Shown: one piece after another, positions 10,741 to 20,000 of the stretch | Numbering within the stretch: position 1 is the stretch's first letter | Layout: every line of letters begins with the position of its first letter | NCBI RefSeq assembly: GCF_004010195.1 | Contig: NC_057718.1 | Span: forward strand, 19,102,426 to 19,122,425 | Direction: 5' to 3' | Source: Chiloscyllium plagiosum | Lineage: Eukaryota | Length of the DNA stretch: 20,000 nt | Made by a program: the position numbers and the translations under genes | Notes under the pieces: generated by a model | The model's input: only the letters and a program-made list of their open reading frames with translations | Told to the model about the DNA's origin: nothing | Databases searched by the model: none

Positions 10741-10980
10741 AAATAAAAACAGAAAATGCTGGAGAAACTCAGCTAAACTGACAGCATGTGTGCAGAGAAT
10801 TAACATTGAAACAAGGGTGACTCTTCTTCAGGATTCAGAGTTCGGGTTCTGAGCAAGAGTCATTTCCAGACTTGAGACATTAACTCTGTTTCTCTCCACT
10901 GATGCTGCCAGGCCTGCTGAGTTCCTCCAGCATTTTCTGATTTCCTTTCAGATTGTCAGCATCTGCAGAATTTTGCTTGA
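10741..10980. mobile_element. Inverted (head-to-head) pair of PLE-type hammerhead repeats
   Basis: 10750-10773 and 10916-10939 are reverse complements (23/24). Core CTGAAGA on minus at 10825-10831; decayed CTGAGCA on plus at 10849-10855. Confidence 0.75.
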
Positions 10981-11265
10981 TGGATGAGGTTTTCTTGCAG
11001 CCACATGAGGATCTGAAATCTTTGAGTCCCAGTTTGCAGGAGGGACAGTTGTTCAATTTACCAAGCAGAAACGTTCGGTGATCTGAACTAGAACATTATA
11101 CATTTGGAATGAATTTGGGAAACTTATAGAATTCTCCACTTGTAAGGAAACGGGAGAACATTTGGTAAGTGCCAAGGTGTTGGCTAAGAATGGTGACATT
11201 TTATTTGCGAAATGTGCCATTTTAAACACAACAAAACCAACTCTCTGAAATGAACAATGACAAAC

Positions 11266-11416
11266 CGATATCCGTCGGAAGGATTTATATTCCAGGAAGG
11301 AAAGGTGTTCTGCCAGCTCCAGTGGCTCTAAGTGATCGAATAACAGAGAAGCTTTCCCCTTCTTCTTGGAAGCCTTCTTACGTTGAGTGACCCGTCTCAT
11401 CCAGTCATAGGACGGA
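11266..11416 (-). CDS. RASGRP3: RASGRP3 internal coding exon (REM-CDC25 linker and start of CDC25 GEF domain), 151 bp
   Basis: Translates to (I)[50 protein letters not shown]. Acceptor tttttcaaacag|; donor TCG|gtttgt. AT from the previous exon plus T gives Ile, so the frame is continuous. Confidence 0.95.
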
Positions 11417-11519
11417 CTGTTTGAAAAATAAGAGTGATGTTAATGGATTAGCCAAGGTGAGAAATCTGAACTTCATCTACTGTCACGTTATCACCGTAAA
11501 TTCAGGAACTTGTATTTTT

Positions 11520-12225
11520 ATAGCGCTCTTGTCTGCCCGATGCAAATGTGAAAGGGACAACACGGCAACAAATTATTTTCATAATGTAGTCACTGTTGTG
11601 GAAATTTTGTGCACAGAAAGTACCGACGAGAGCAGCATGAGAATGGCCAGATGATCTGTTCTGCTATTGATAGGTAAACACTGCAGGAAACTAGGAATAG
11701 CATCCCTCAAACCAATGCCTTGGAACGTTTTGCACCCTCTGTCTAAGGCGGCAACTGGGATCTCAATTTAACATGTCCTTCAAAAACTCCAGCCCTTCTT
11801 AGAATCCCTACATGTGGAAACAGGCTTTTCGACCCACCAAGTCCACACTGACCCTCTGAGGACTATCTCATCCAAACCCATTCCCAATTACTCTACATTC
11901 ATCCCTGACTAATGCACCTAACCTACACATCCCTGAATACAATGGGCAATTTAGAATGGCCAATTCGTCTAACCTGCACACCTTTGGATTGTGGGAAGAA
12001 ACCAGAACACCTGGAGAAAACCCATGCAGACATGGGGAGAACATGCAAACTCTATGCAGACAGTCACCTGAGGCTGGAATTGAACCCAGGTCCCTGGCGC
12101 TGTGAGGCAGCAGTGCTAACCACTGAGCCACCATGTCACCCCTTCTGACAGTGCAGCATACCATTAGTGCCGCACCGGAGTGTCAGCCTGGATTTTCAAG
12201 CCCTGGAGGGAACCTGCAGCCCATT
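11520..12225 (-). mobile_element. Old Deu-domain SINE, split by an HE1 insertion
   Basis: TGTAGTCACTGTTGT...GGCCAGATGATCTGTT...TTTAACATGTC...CCCTTCT|GACAGTGCAGCA...GGAGTGTCAGCCTGGATT matches the reverse complement of the recalled SacSINE1/AmnSINE Deu consensus. Confidence 0.65.
11800..12142 (-). mobile_element. Full-length HE1-type V-SINE
   Basis: tRNA head with A/B boxes, V-domain (TTCTCCCCATGTCTGCATGGGTTTTCTCC), CR1-derived tail; CCCTTCT on both sides as a probable TSD. Confidence 0.92.
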
Positions 12226-12329
12226 TCCTTGAGTGTCAGAAAGTAAAGGGTCGCCTAAATTAGACGGCCACCAATTAGAGCAGTTCTCCTGCTGCAGAGT
12301 CGGCCTAGATGTGAACACAACCTCGTGAA

Positions 12330-12625
12330 CCAAGGCTGAAAGTCACGGGTCCAAGCTTCAATTTGGCGACGGAAGCACAATTAAGCTGGCACTGAAATGC
12401 ATTTCTGAAAGGGTGCTATATATTCAGAGGCATCACCTTTCAGATAAGCCCCAATGGAAGACCAGAAGCCTTCTCCCGGGCACCATGGCTAACACTAATC
12501 CTTCAGCCAATATCTGAAACAGAAGATTTGGTCATCTATTTCACTGCTGTTTGTGGGAGTCTGCTGTTTATTAGATTACATCAGAGATGACATGTCCTTA
12601 CAAAAGATCTGGTACTGAACAGGTA
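12330..12625 (+). mobile_element. Old Deu-domain SINE (degenerate)
   Basis: GGGTGCT...CAGAGGCATCACCTTTCAGATAAG...AACAGAAGATTTGGTCATCTATTTCACTGCTGTTTGTGGGAGTCTGCTGT. Confidence 0.6.
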
Positions 12626-13149
12626 CTTCAACACATTTAAATATTACTCACCATTTTGATGTCAGAAAGATTTTATAATCACACTGGAAGGAAGTGAGCA
12701 CAATATTTAGACAGTGACATATGGGTCTTTATGAATATTAAAACTGGGAACATTCACAGCATGGATCTTTAAATGATGTGATAGATAATACTACCATCTA
12801 TTAAAGCAGAAATGATGGAATCCTCTGATAGTACCAGTCCCACAGAGGCCAAGGGGCAAAACCCTAGCCTCACCACACCAAGATTCTGGATGAAAAATGA
12901 GCATAAAGTGTGGTACATTAAGAGGTCTTTGAAACATGAATTACTTTAGACATCATTAAAGCATCCTTGGCAGCTATTCAATACACACATTTGGTTCTCT
13001 GGATATATTAATAAAGAGGCTAATGTCTATTTTAGAACCAAAATTGGAAATCCAGCCAATCTTCAGGTGCAGTCTTCAGCAATTATACTTGCAATATTTC
13101 CAACATACTAATGCGGATAGGTTTTCTCCCAATGTAGAGATCCCCACAT

Positions 13150-15600
13150 ACAAACCAACAATTAGGAGCAGGAGTAGCCAGCTTGACCCCTTGAGGCTCC
13201 TCTGCCATTTGACGAGATTGTACCTGAGTTGATGACTCATATTCCTCCCTATCCTTTGGTCCCTTCGTTTATCGACAATCTATCTACCATTGTCTTAAAA
13301 ATACTTTTTTTAAAACTCTGCTTTCACTGTCTTATGAGAAGGAGAGTTCCAAAGGCCAGCAACCATCTGAGAAGAAAAATATCCTCCCTATCTCTGTCTT
13401 AGGCAGACCGCCTCGTTCTCAATTCTCCCACCAAATGTTTGCACATGACCCTGACATGATCTCTCAGGCTCTAAATGCTTCAATCAAGTTGCCTCCAATC
13501 CTTCTAAATGCCAGTTGATAGGAATCTAGCCTTTCCTTTCCTCATAAGACAACACACCCTATTTTTATTCATTCATGGGAATGCAAGCATCGCTGGCTGG
13601 GCCAGATTTATTCTTCACCCCTAATTATCCAGAGGGCAATTCACATGTAACCCAGACCAGGTAGGAATGGCAGTTTCCTTTCCTAAAGGACATTAGTAAA
13701 CCAGAAGGGGTTTTCCAACAATTGACATCAGTTTCAAGCCTATCATTAGACTCTTAATTCCAGAGTTTTAACTGATTCAAAATTCCATCATCTGTCATGG
13801 TAGAGTTTGAATTGAGGACGCCGGATCATTACTGGGGTCTCTGGATTAATCGTCTAGTGATAATACCACGATGTCGCTGCCTCTCCCAAGTATTAGTCTA
13901 GTAGCCCTTCTGAATTGCTTTAGATGCATTTTCATTCTTAAACAAGGAGACTAATACTATATGCAGCACTTCAGATATGGTTTCACCAGTGCACTACATA
14001 ACTGAAGTATAACCTCCCCGCTTTTGTATTTAATGGCCTGCAATAAACAATAACATTCTCTTCCTAAATACTTGCTGTGCCTGCAAACTAACCGCTTGCA
14101 ATACATGCATGAAGACACTGAGATCCCTCTGCAATGAGGAGATCTGCAATCCCAATTTAGATAGCATACTTGTTTTTCATTCTTCCTGCTAAAATGGACA
14201 ACTTCACATTTTCCAACATCTGTTGCCAAATCGTTAAATTGCTTGCTTAACTTTTTATCTGACCTTGTAGCCTCATTAATTCCTCTTCACAACTTACTCT
14301 TCTATCTATCTTTGTGGAATCAGCAAACTTAGCAACTTTAATTTTGCCCCTTCCTCTAAATCACTGATACAAATTTGACAAAGTTGAGGCATCAACACTG
14401 ATCTCTATGGCACACAGCTTGTTGCATATTGCCAGTCAGAAAATTTTGCCCACTCACCGTTTCCCTGTGAGTTACAAATCTTATATACATGCCGATAAGT
14501 TACCTCTCTAAAATATGAATATTTATTCTCTGCAACAATGTTGTGGCATCTATCAAATGCTTTCTGTAAGTCTAATGAAAGTACTTCTACTGGCCCCCCC
14601 TTCATTCACAACATGTGTTGCTTCCTCGAATAATTCTAATAGGTTCGTTAAACATGATTTTCCTTTCATAAAACCATGTGAACTCTATCAGATAACCTTC
14701 ACCTTGACTACACGACCTGCTATAACATTGTTAATAATAGCTTGTAATGTTTTCCTTATCATAGATGTTAAAATAACTCTCCTGTAGTTTCCTGCTTTCT
14801 GTCTCCCTCCTGTTTTTTGAATAAAACAGTTACATTTGCTATCATTCCAGTGTAACGAGACCTTTCCTGGCTCAAGGGCATTTTCGAAAACTAAAACCAA
14901 TGCCTAACTTTTAAGACCCGAGGATAAAGTCCATCAGGAGCCAGGGACCTGTCAGCCTGCTGCTACAGTAATTTACTGAGTACCATTTCCCTAATAATCA
15001 TAATTTTCAAATAATCTGGCATGTCCTTATTTTTCATTATTAATTCCCCAGCCCCACTTTGCTTAGGGTCAATGTTCTTTGTCAATTCTTTTTCAAGGTC
15101 TATAGACCAGTATGTTTACCTTTCCACGAGCTTTCTCTCATACTCGATGTTATTTCCTTCCTTACTAATCTTTTAGTCAATCTTAGTTTTTTTATATATA
15201 TTCTGCCCAATCTTCAGACCTGCCTCCCAACGTTGCACAATTATATGCAATTTCTTTACTATTTAACTTTTTAGGTTAGCTGCAAATGATGGGTTTTCTG
15301 CTTGGAATTGTTCAGTTTCATTGGAAAGAGTACATTCTGAAATAGCCTTTAAATGTCTGCCACTGCCTCTCTATTTGCCAATATCTTGGGTTAATTTAGC
15401 TTTAGTCCACTTTAACTAGCTCTGCTTTCATGTTCTCATAACTACCATTAAAAGTTTAAAATATCAGTTTTGGACCGACTTCTCTCTCACTCAAAGTGAA
15501 TGAAAAATTCTATCAGATTATGATCACTGCTACCAAGGGGCATCTTCATTACAATTACATCCTATTCATTGCACCACAACCTAACATGGTTTGCTGTGGC
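13150..15600 (-). mobile_element. Old CR1 LINE, ORF2 remnant (endonuclease end, RT, 3' UTR)
   Basis: Minus-strand motifs in correct order: PLGSSDH (~15520-15540), KAGNYRRVILTS, LDLQKAFD, KFADSTK (14310-14330; FADD decayed), KCEVVHF, LVKPYLKCCI; many frameshifts. Confidence 0.9.
13561..13886 (-). mobile_element. tRNA-headed SINE nested in the CR1 (same family as 9935-10285)
   Basis: Interrupts the CR1 sequence between TAAGACAACACACCCT and CCCAAGTATTAGTCTAG; homologous to 9935-10285. Confidence 0.75.
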
Positions 15601-15871
15601 CCCACACAACATTAAATCTTGCATTCTGAATCTTTAATATTTCTCCCACACCAAAAGCACTTTAAACTGTCAGTATGATTGCTCACCTAGCACCTTTACT
15701 GCATAGGTGCAACGTTATAAAGTTTGATTACTAGAATTTCTAGACAGCGTAGCCAGTATTCCTTGTGAAGTCATTGCATTTATATGGGAAAAAGGCACTC
15801 TCATTACAGAAGCTAAAAGTGCTTGTGAAATAAAGAGAATAATGTCACTTGAATATCTTTCAAAAAGAAGG

Positions 15872-16092
15872 ACATTTTCCCCGTGTCTGCATGAGTTTCC
15901 TCTGGATGCTCCGGTTTCCTCCCACAGTCCAAAAAAAAATGTGCAGGTTAGGTGAATTGGCCATGCTAAATTGCCCGTAGTGTTAGGTGAAGGGGTAAAT
16001 GTAGGGGAATGGGTCTGGGTGGGTTGCTCTTTGGAGAGTTGGGTGTGGACTTGTTGGGCTGAAGGGCCTGTTTCCACACTGTAAGTAATCTA
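15872..16092 (+). mobile_element. 5'-truncated HE1-type V-SINE
   Basis: V-domain CCCCGTGTCTGCATGAGTTTCCTCTGGATGCTCCGGTTTCCTCCCACAGTCC; tail GGGCTGAAGGGCCTGTTTCCACACTGTAAGTAATCT. Confidence 0.9.
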
Positions 16093-16277
16093 AAAGATAT
16101 AGAGCACCCTTCACAACCTCAAGAGTATTGTACCATATAGAATTCACTAAGTTACCTAATTATCCCTTAAATAAAGTTTATAATTATCTGGCACTCAATG
16201 CAAAAGATAATTTCTATAATGAGTATCAGCAGCATGTGCTGACTGTCAGGTGTTGAAACACACAAACACTTGCTTAC

Positions 16278-16409
16278 ATGCTGGAGATGTCGATGAGTTT
16301 ACTGTGCTCCTCACATCCCAGCTGGCTGGCCAGTTCCCGAAACTCCTCTGTCAGACGAACCAAACCGAGATCCAAGTTAAATTCAGCAGGGAATTCAGAA
16401 ATCCAGTAC
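16278..16409 (-). CDS. RASGRP3: RAS guanyl-releasing protein 3, internal coding exon (REM domain end), 132 bp
   Basis: Translates to (R)YWISEFPAEFNLDLGLVRLTEEFRELASQLGCEEHSKLIDISS(I), close to recalled human RASGRP3 YWILKFPAEFNLDLGLIRMTEEFREVASQLGYEKHVSLIDISSI. Acceptor gtacag| at 16410-16411; donor |gtaag at 16277-16273; phase 2/2. Confidence 0.95.
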
Positions 16410-16504
16410 CTGTACATCCACGCGCAGAAAGACAGGTGAATTACAAGCTTTCCGTTTGGCAAGCCAAGACATCAGACAGACGATAACACTTCATGGTTAA
16501 CACT

Positions 16505-16982
16505 TGGAATGAGGTTTGATCATTATTTAGCCCCTCGAGCCATACATGCCTAAGCTGTGACCTCACTCCATGTACCTTTGGTTCCTAACCCTCAACACCT
16601 TTCATTAAAAATTATCTACCAATCATTTAAGATAAACAATTGATCCAACAATTACAACTTGAGGAAAGGAGTTCAAAAATGGTACAATGCTTTGCAGGTA
16701 AAAGATTTTCCTAATTTCATACCTCACAACCTAATTTTCAAACCATGGCCCCTTGACTTACTAGCTGACACTGTTACTTCCAAACTACCTTTTCTCTTCC
16801 TTTTAATATGCCAAAACCTTTAATCAGATCCTCAAACCTTTAAAATCCCAGGTAATACAACCTTGGTTTGCCTTTTCGTCTCTTCAGAAGTCAGCCCTTA
16901 GAGTCCAAGTCTCACTCTAATGAAACTATACTGCCTTTCTTCTGGGGCTCACATACCCTTCCTAAAGAGTGGTGCCTAGAAA
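16505..16982 (-). mobile_element. Old CR1 3' fragment
   Basis: Resembles 13160-13990 (TTTAGCCCCTCGAG, GGAGTTC.AAA, GGTGCCTAGAA); heavily decayed. Confidence 0.55.
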
Positions 16983-17222
16983 TAGAGTCATAGAGTCAGA
17001 CAGGAAACAAACCCTTAAGTCCAATTCGTCCATGTCAACCAAGTTTCACAAACTAAGCTCGTCTCACTTGCCTGTGTTTGACCCACATCCCTCTAAACCT
17101 TTCCTATTCATGTAGCTGTCCAATGTCTTTTTAATATTATAACTGTTCCTGCATCTACCATTTTTTCTGGCAGTTCATTCCACACAGGAACCACACTTTG
17201 TTTGAAAAGGTTGTCCCTCAGG
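16983..17222 (-). mobile_element. CR1/HER1 LINE 3' end
   Basis: AGAGTCATAGAGTC tail; CCCTCTAAACCTTTCCTATTCATG...CTGGCAGTTCATTCCA...ACCAC is the reverse complement of the same CR1 end seen at 5800-5930. Confidence 0.8.
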
Positions 17223-17880
17223 AGCTTTCAATTCTCCAGGTGTGGCCCTCTCTATGTGAACCCACACTGAACAAAGCAGCAGGAAATCTAGATAAAATGA
17301 AGTACTGAATAGAAGAAATCAAATTGATCCATCCGCAATAATTAATGAATCTAAAGGTCAGTGTCAAAAATATCAGGCACTTAAGGGAGATTTTTCCAAT
17401 CAGGTCAAGGTATACATTAAACTGACCAGCCCTTGGTTTTCCATCCATTCACCTTAATGGATAGAAAATCATTGGCTAGAGGTGTACAATTTCAGGATAT
17501 GTGGTCTGACCACACTTCAGGACTAATGGAGCAGAGGAAATGTCCTTTCTTACCATAGTGTTGAGAAAAGCAAAGCATTCAGCAACTGTTTTGAAAACAG
17601 TTTAATATTATTTATTATTTTACATTTGTTATGGTGCAGTTCTGATTAACTTTATCAAAATGGATCCAACAGGATTGGATTCAGAAGGGAAGACGAAGTC
17701 TAAAGTGCTGAATTGGTCTATCCTAGGGCCAACTAAGCAAGGGAGAGGCTGGATGGAGATAGGAGAATGCAAGACTACTCAGTTTTGGGGATTTTCCTCA
17801 AAGAATATTAAGAAATGAATCACATACAAAGAGATACTTTTCTTCTATTTTGGAGTTGGTTTTGCATCCAATCAATCTGT

Positions 17881-18187
17881 GGGTGGCACGGTGGCACAGT
17901 GGTTAGCACTGCTGCCTCACAGCGCCAGAGACCCAGGTTCAGTTCCCACCTCAGGCGACTGACTGACTGTGTGGGAGTTTGCACATTCTCCCCGTGTCTG
18001 CGTGGGTTTCCTCCGGGTGCTCTGGTTTTCTCCCACAGTCCAGGTTAGGTGAATTGGCCAAGCTAAATTGCCCATTGTGTTAGATGAAGGGGTTAATGTA
18101 GGTGAGTAGGTTGCGCTTCAGAGGGTTGGTGTGGACTTGTTGGGCCGAAAGGCCTGTTTCCACACTGTAACTAATCTAATCTAATCT
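17881..18187 (+). mobile_element. Near full-length HE1-type V-SINE with (CTAAT)n tail
   Basis: GGCACGGTGGCACAGTGGTTAGCACTGCTGCCTCACAGCGCCAG...GGTTCAGTTCC head, V-domain, CR1-like tail; AATCTG on both flanks. Confidence 0.93.
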
Positions 18188-18614
18188 GATTGTGCCCGAA
18201 GGGAATTCAATATTCCACTCGATGCCCTAAGCACAAAGCCTCTCCGTCATTGCAATAAGCAGGTTGCTGCATGAACAGTAAACTGGAGTAGGAACAATAT
18301 ATGTCAGGCACCAGGCCTCCTTGGGAAATGTCATCGGGTCAGCAGTGTTGAAGAGGAGAGTGAGCAGAGCTCCTGAGATCAGTGCTACAGCCCTGACACT
18401 CAGCGGATTGGCAATCTCAATGTAGCCTGAGTTCAGTTGGTTCTGTTAGATCTTGTTGGGTCAGAGGAGGAACCACCCAACTCCAACCCCGCTGACATGC
18501 ACTTAAACCATTTACATCAGAGGTATATAAGGTGATACATTGGAGTAAAGGCTGACTGTGCTCGGGTGTTAGTGTTGGTATCCAACCCTTATCAGCCACC
18601 ATAAAGGCACTGAT

Positions 18615-19104
18615 TAGAACATAGAACGTAGAACATAGAACATAGAACAATACAGCGCAGAACAGGCCCTTCGGCCCTCAATGTTGCGCCGACCTGTGAA
18701 CTATTCTCAGCTCGTCCCCCTACGCTATCCTATCATCATCCATGTGTTTATCTAAGGATTGTTTAAATCTCACGAATGTTGCTGAGTTGACTATATTAGC
18801 AGGTAGGGCATTCCACGCCCTTACCACTCTCTGCGTAACCTGTCTCTGACATCTGTCTTAAATCTATCACCCCTCAATTTGTAGATATGCTCCCTCGTAC
18901 AAGCTGACATCATCATCCTTGGAAAAAGACTTTCACTGTCTATCCTATCTGATCCTCTGATCATCTTTTATGTCTCTATCAAATCCCTTCTTAGCCTTCT
19001 TCTTTCCAATGAGAACAGATCCAAGTCTCTCAGCCTTTCCTCATCAGACCTTCCTTTCAGACCAGGCAACATCCTGGTAAATCTCCTCTGCACCTTTTCC
19101 AATG
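18615..19104 (-). mobile_element. CR1/HER1 LINE 3' end with (AGAACAT)n microsatellite tail
   Basis: TAGAACA heptamer x5 at 18615-18649, then CAGGCCCTTCGGCCC; ORF2 C-terminus on the minus strand ([16 protein letters not shown]). Confidence 0.9.
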
Positions 19105-19288
19105 CAGCATTTACCATGGCTCATCCACCTAGCCTGCACCTCTTTGAGCTCTGGGAGACAACCACAGCAAACCCATATAGACGTGGGCAGAATATGCGAA
19201 CTCCACACAGACTGTCGCCCATGGGTGTAATCGAACCTGGGTTCCTGGTGCAGTGAGGCAGAGTGCTAACCACTGAGCTACCATGCTG
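19105..19288 (-). mobile_element. Diverged HE1-like V-SINE 5' half
   Basis: Reverse complement CATGGTAGCTCAGTGGTTAGCAC...GGTTCGATTAC...TGTGTGGAGTTCGCATATTCT. Confidence 0.8.
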
Positions 19289-19436
19289 TACAATGGAACA
19301 GAGCAATCACAATAAATCCTTAGGACTGTTCATCATGTACCATTTACTTCTGAATAAAGTTATCGCTGGATATCATTTGTCATGGTCATAGAATCTTTTC
19401 CATTCCTTATACATGTTGGCATGAACCAGGCATTGC

Positions 19437-20000
19437 TTTAACTTTCCTGATATTGATTGGGAAAGCTATAGCTCAAGTTCGTTAGATGGGTCAGTGTTTG
19501 TTCAATGTGTGCAGGAGAGTTTCCTGACACAATATGTAGACAGGCCAACAAGAGGAGAGGCCATACTGGATTTGGTTCTGGGTAACGAACCAGGCCAGGT
19601 GTTAGAATTAGAGGTAGGTGAGCACTTTGGGGATAGTGACCATAATTCGGTGATTTTTACACTCGTGATGGAGAGGGATAAGTGAGGACGACAGGGCAAG
19701 AGTTATAGCTGGGGTAAGGGAAATTATGATGCGGTGAGGCATGACTTAGGATGTGTGGCTTGGAAAAGTAGACTCCAAGGCAAGAGTGTAAATGATATGT
19801 GGAACTTGTTCAAGGGGCAACTACTGAGTGTCCTTGATAATTACGTACCGAGCAGGCAGGGAGGAAAGGGTCGTGCGAGGGAGACGTGGGTTAATAAGGA
19901 ATTGGAATCCCTTGTTAAATGGAAGAGGGCGGCCTACCTCAAGATGAGACGTGAAGGTCCAATTGGGGCGATTGAGAGTTACAGGGTAGCCAGGAAGGAC
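19437..20000 (+). mobile_element. 5'-truncated CR1 LINE ORF2 (APE endonuclease C-terminal part and linker), runs off the window
   Basis: FNFPDIDW...FLTQYVDRPTRGEAILDLVLGNEPGQV...GDSDHNSV; one frame for 188 codons with a single stop (19683-19685). Confidence 0.93.

Noticed and set aside
11868..12164. Repeated ORFs with MxAQWLALLPHSARDLGSIP (also 9567..9791)
   Set aside because: Chance translations of the HE1 SINE, not a protein family.
16410..16462. N-terminal part of ORF 16274..16462 as a protein start
   Set aside because: Intronic sequence upstream of the AG acceptor; no similarity to RASGRP3.
17881..17950. tRNA gene (also at 12075-12140, 9690-9755 and 19220-19288)
   Set aside because: A/B boxes continue into the V-domain and LINE tail, so these are SINE heads rather than tRNA genes.
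18615..18649. Heptamer array as a CRISPR-like or functional repeat
   Set aside because: No spacers; this is the microsatellite tail typical of CR1 3' ends.

Overview
Eukaryotic, repeat-rich intronic DNA, very probably from a shark or other elasmobranch (HE1/V-SINEs, CR1/HER1 LINEs, Deu-domain SINEs). Three phase-compatible coding exons of a RASGRP3-type Ras GEF gene lie on the minus strand (16278-16409, 11266-11416, 8068-8241). Their flanking exons were not found and probably lie outside the window. Two structures are not explained by the ORF track. (1) An ancient, internally deleted Ty3/Gypsy LTR element at ~148-3540, with two diverged LTRs, a polypurine tract, and a decayed gag (two zinc knuckles) and aspartic protease, but no RT or integrase. 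Younger elements are nested inside it. (2) At least seven short repeats resembling Penelope-like elements, each carrying a minimal type-I hammerhead ribozyme motif in various states of decay. The best-preserved copy is at 6820-6858, an inverted pair is at ~10741-10980, and one copy has a 13-bp TSD. All assignments are by eye and from recalled family consensus sequences; no database search was run.
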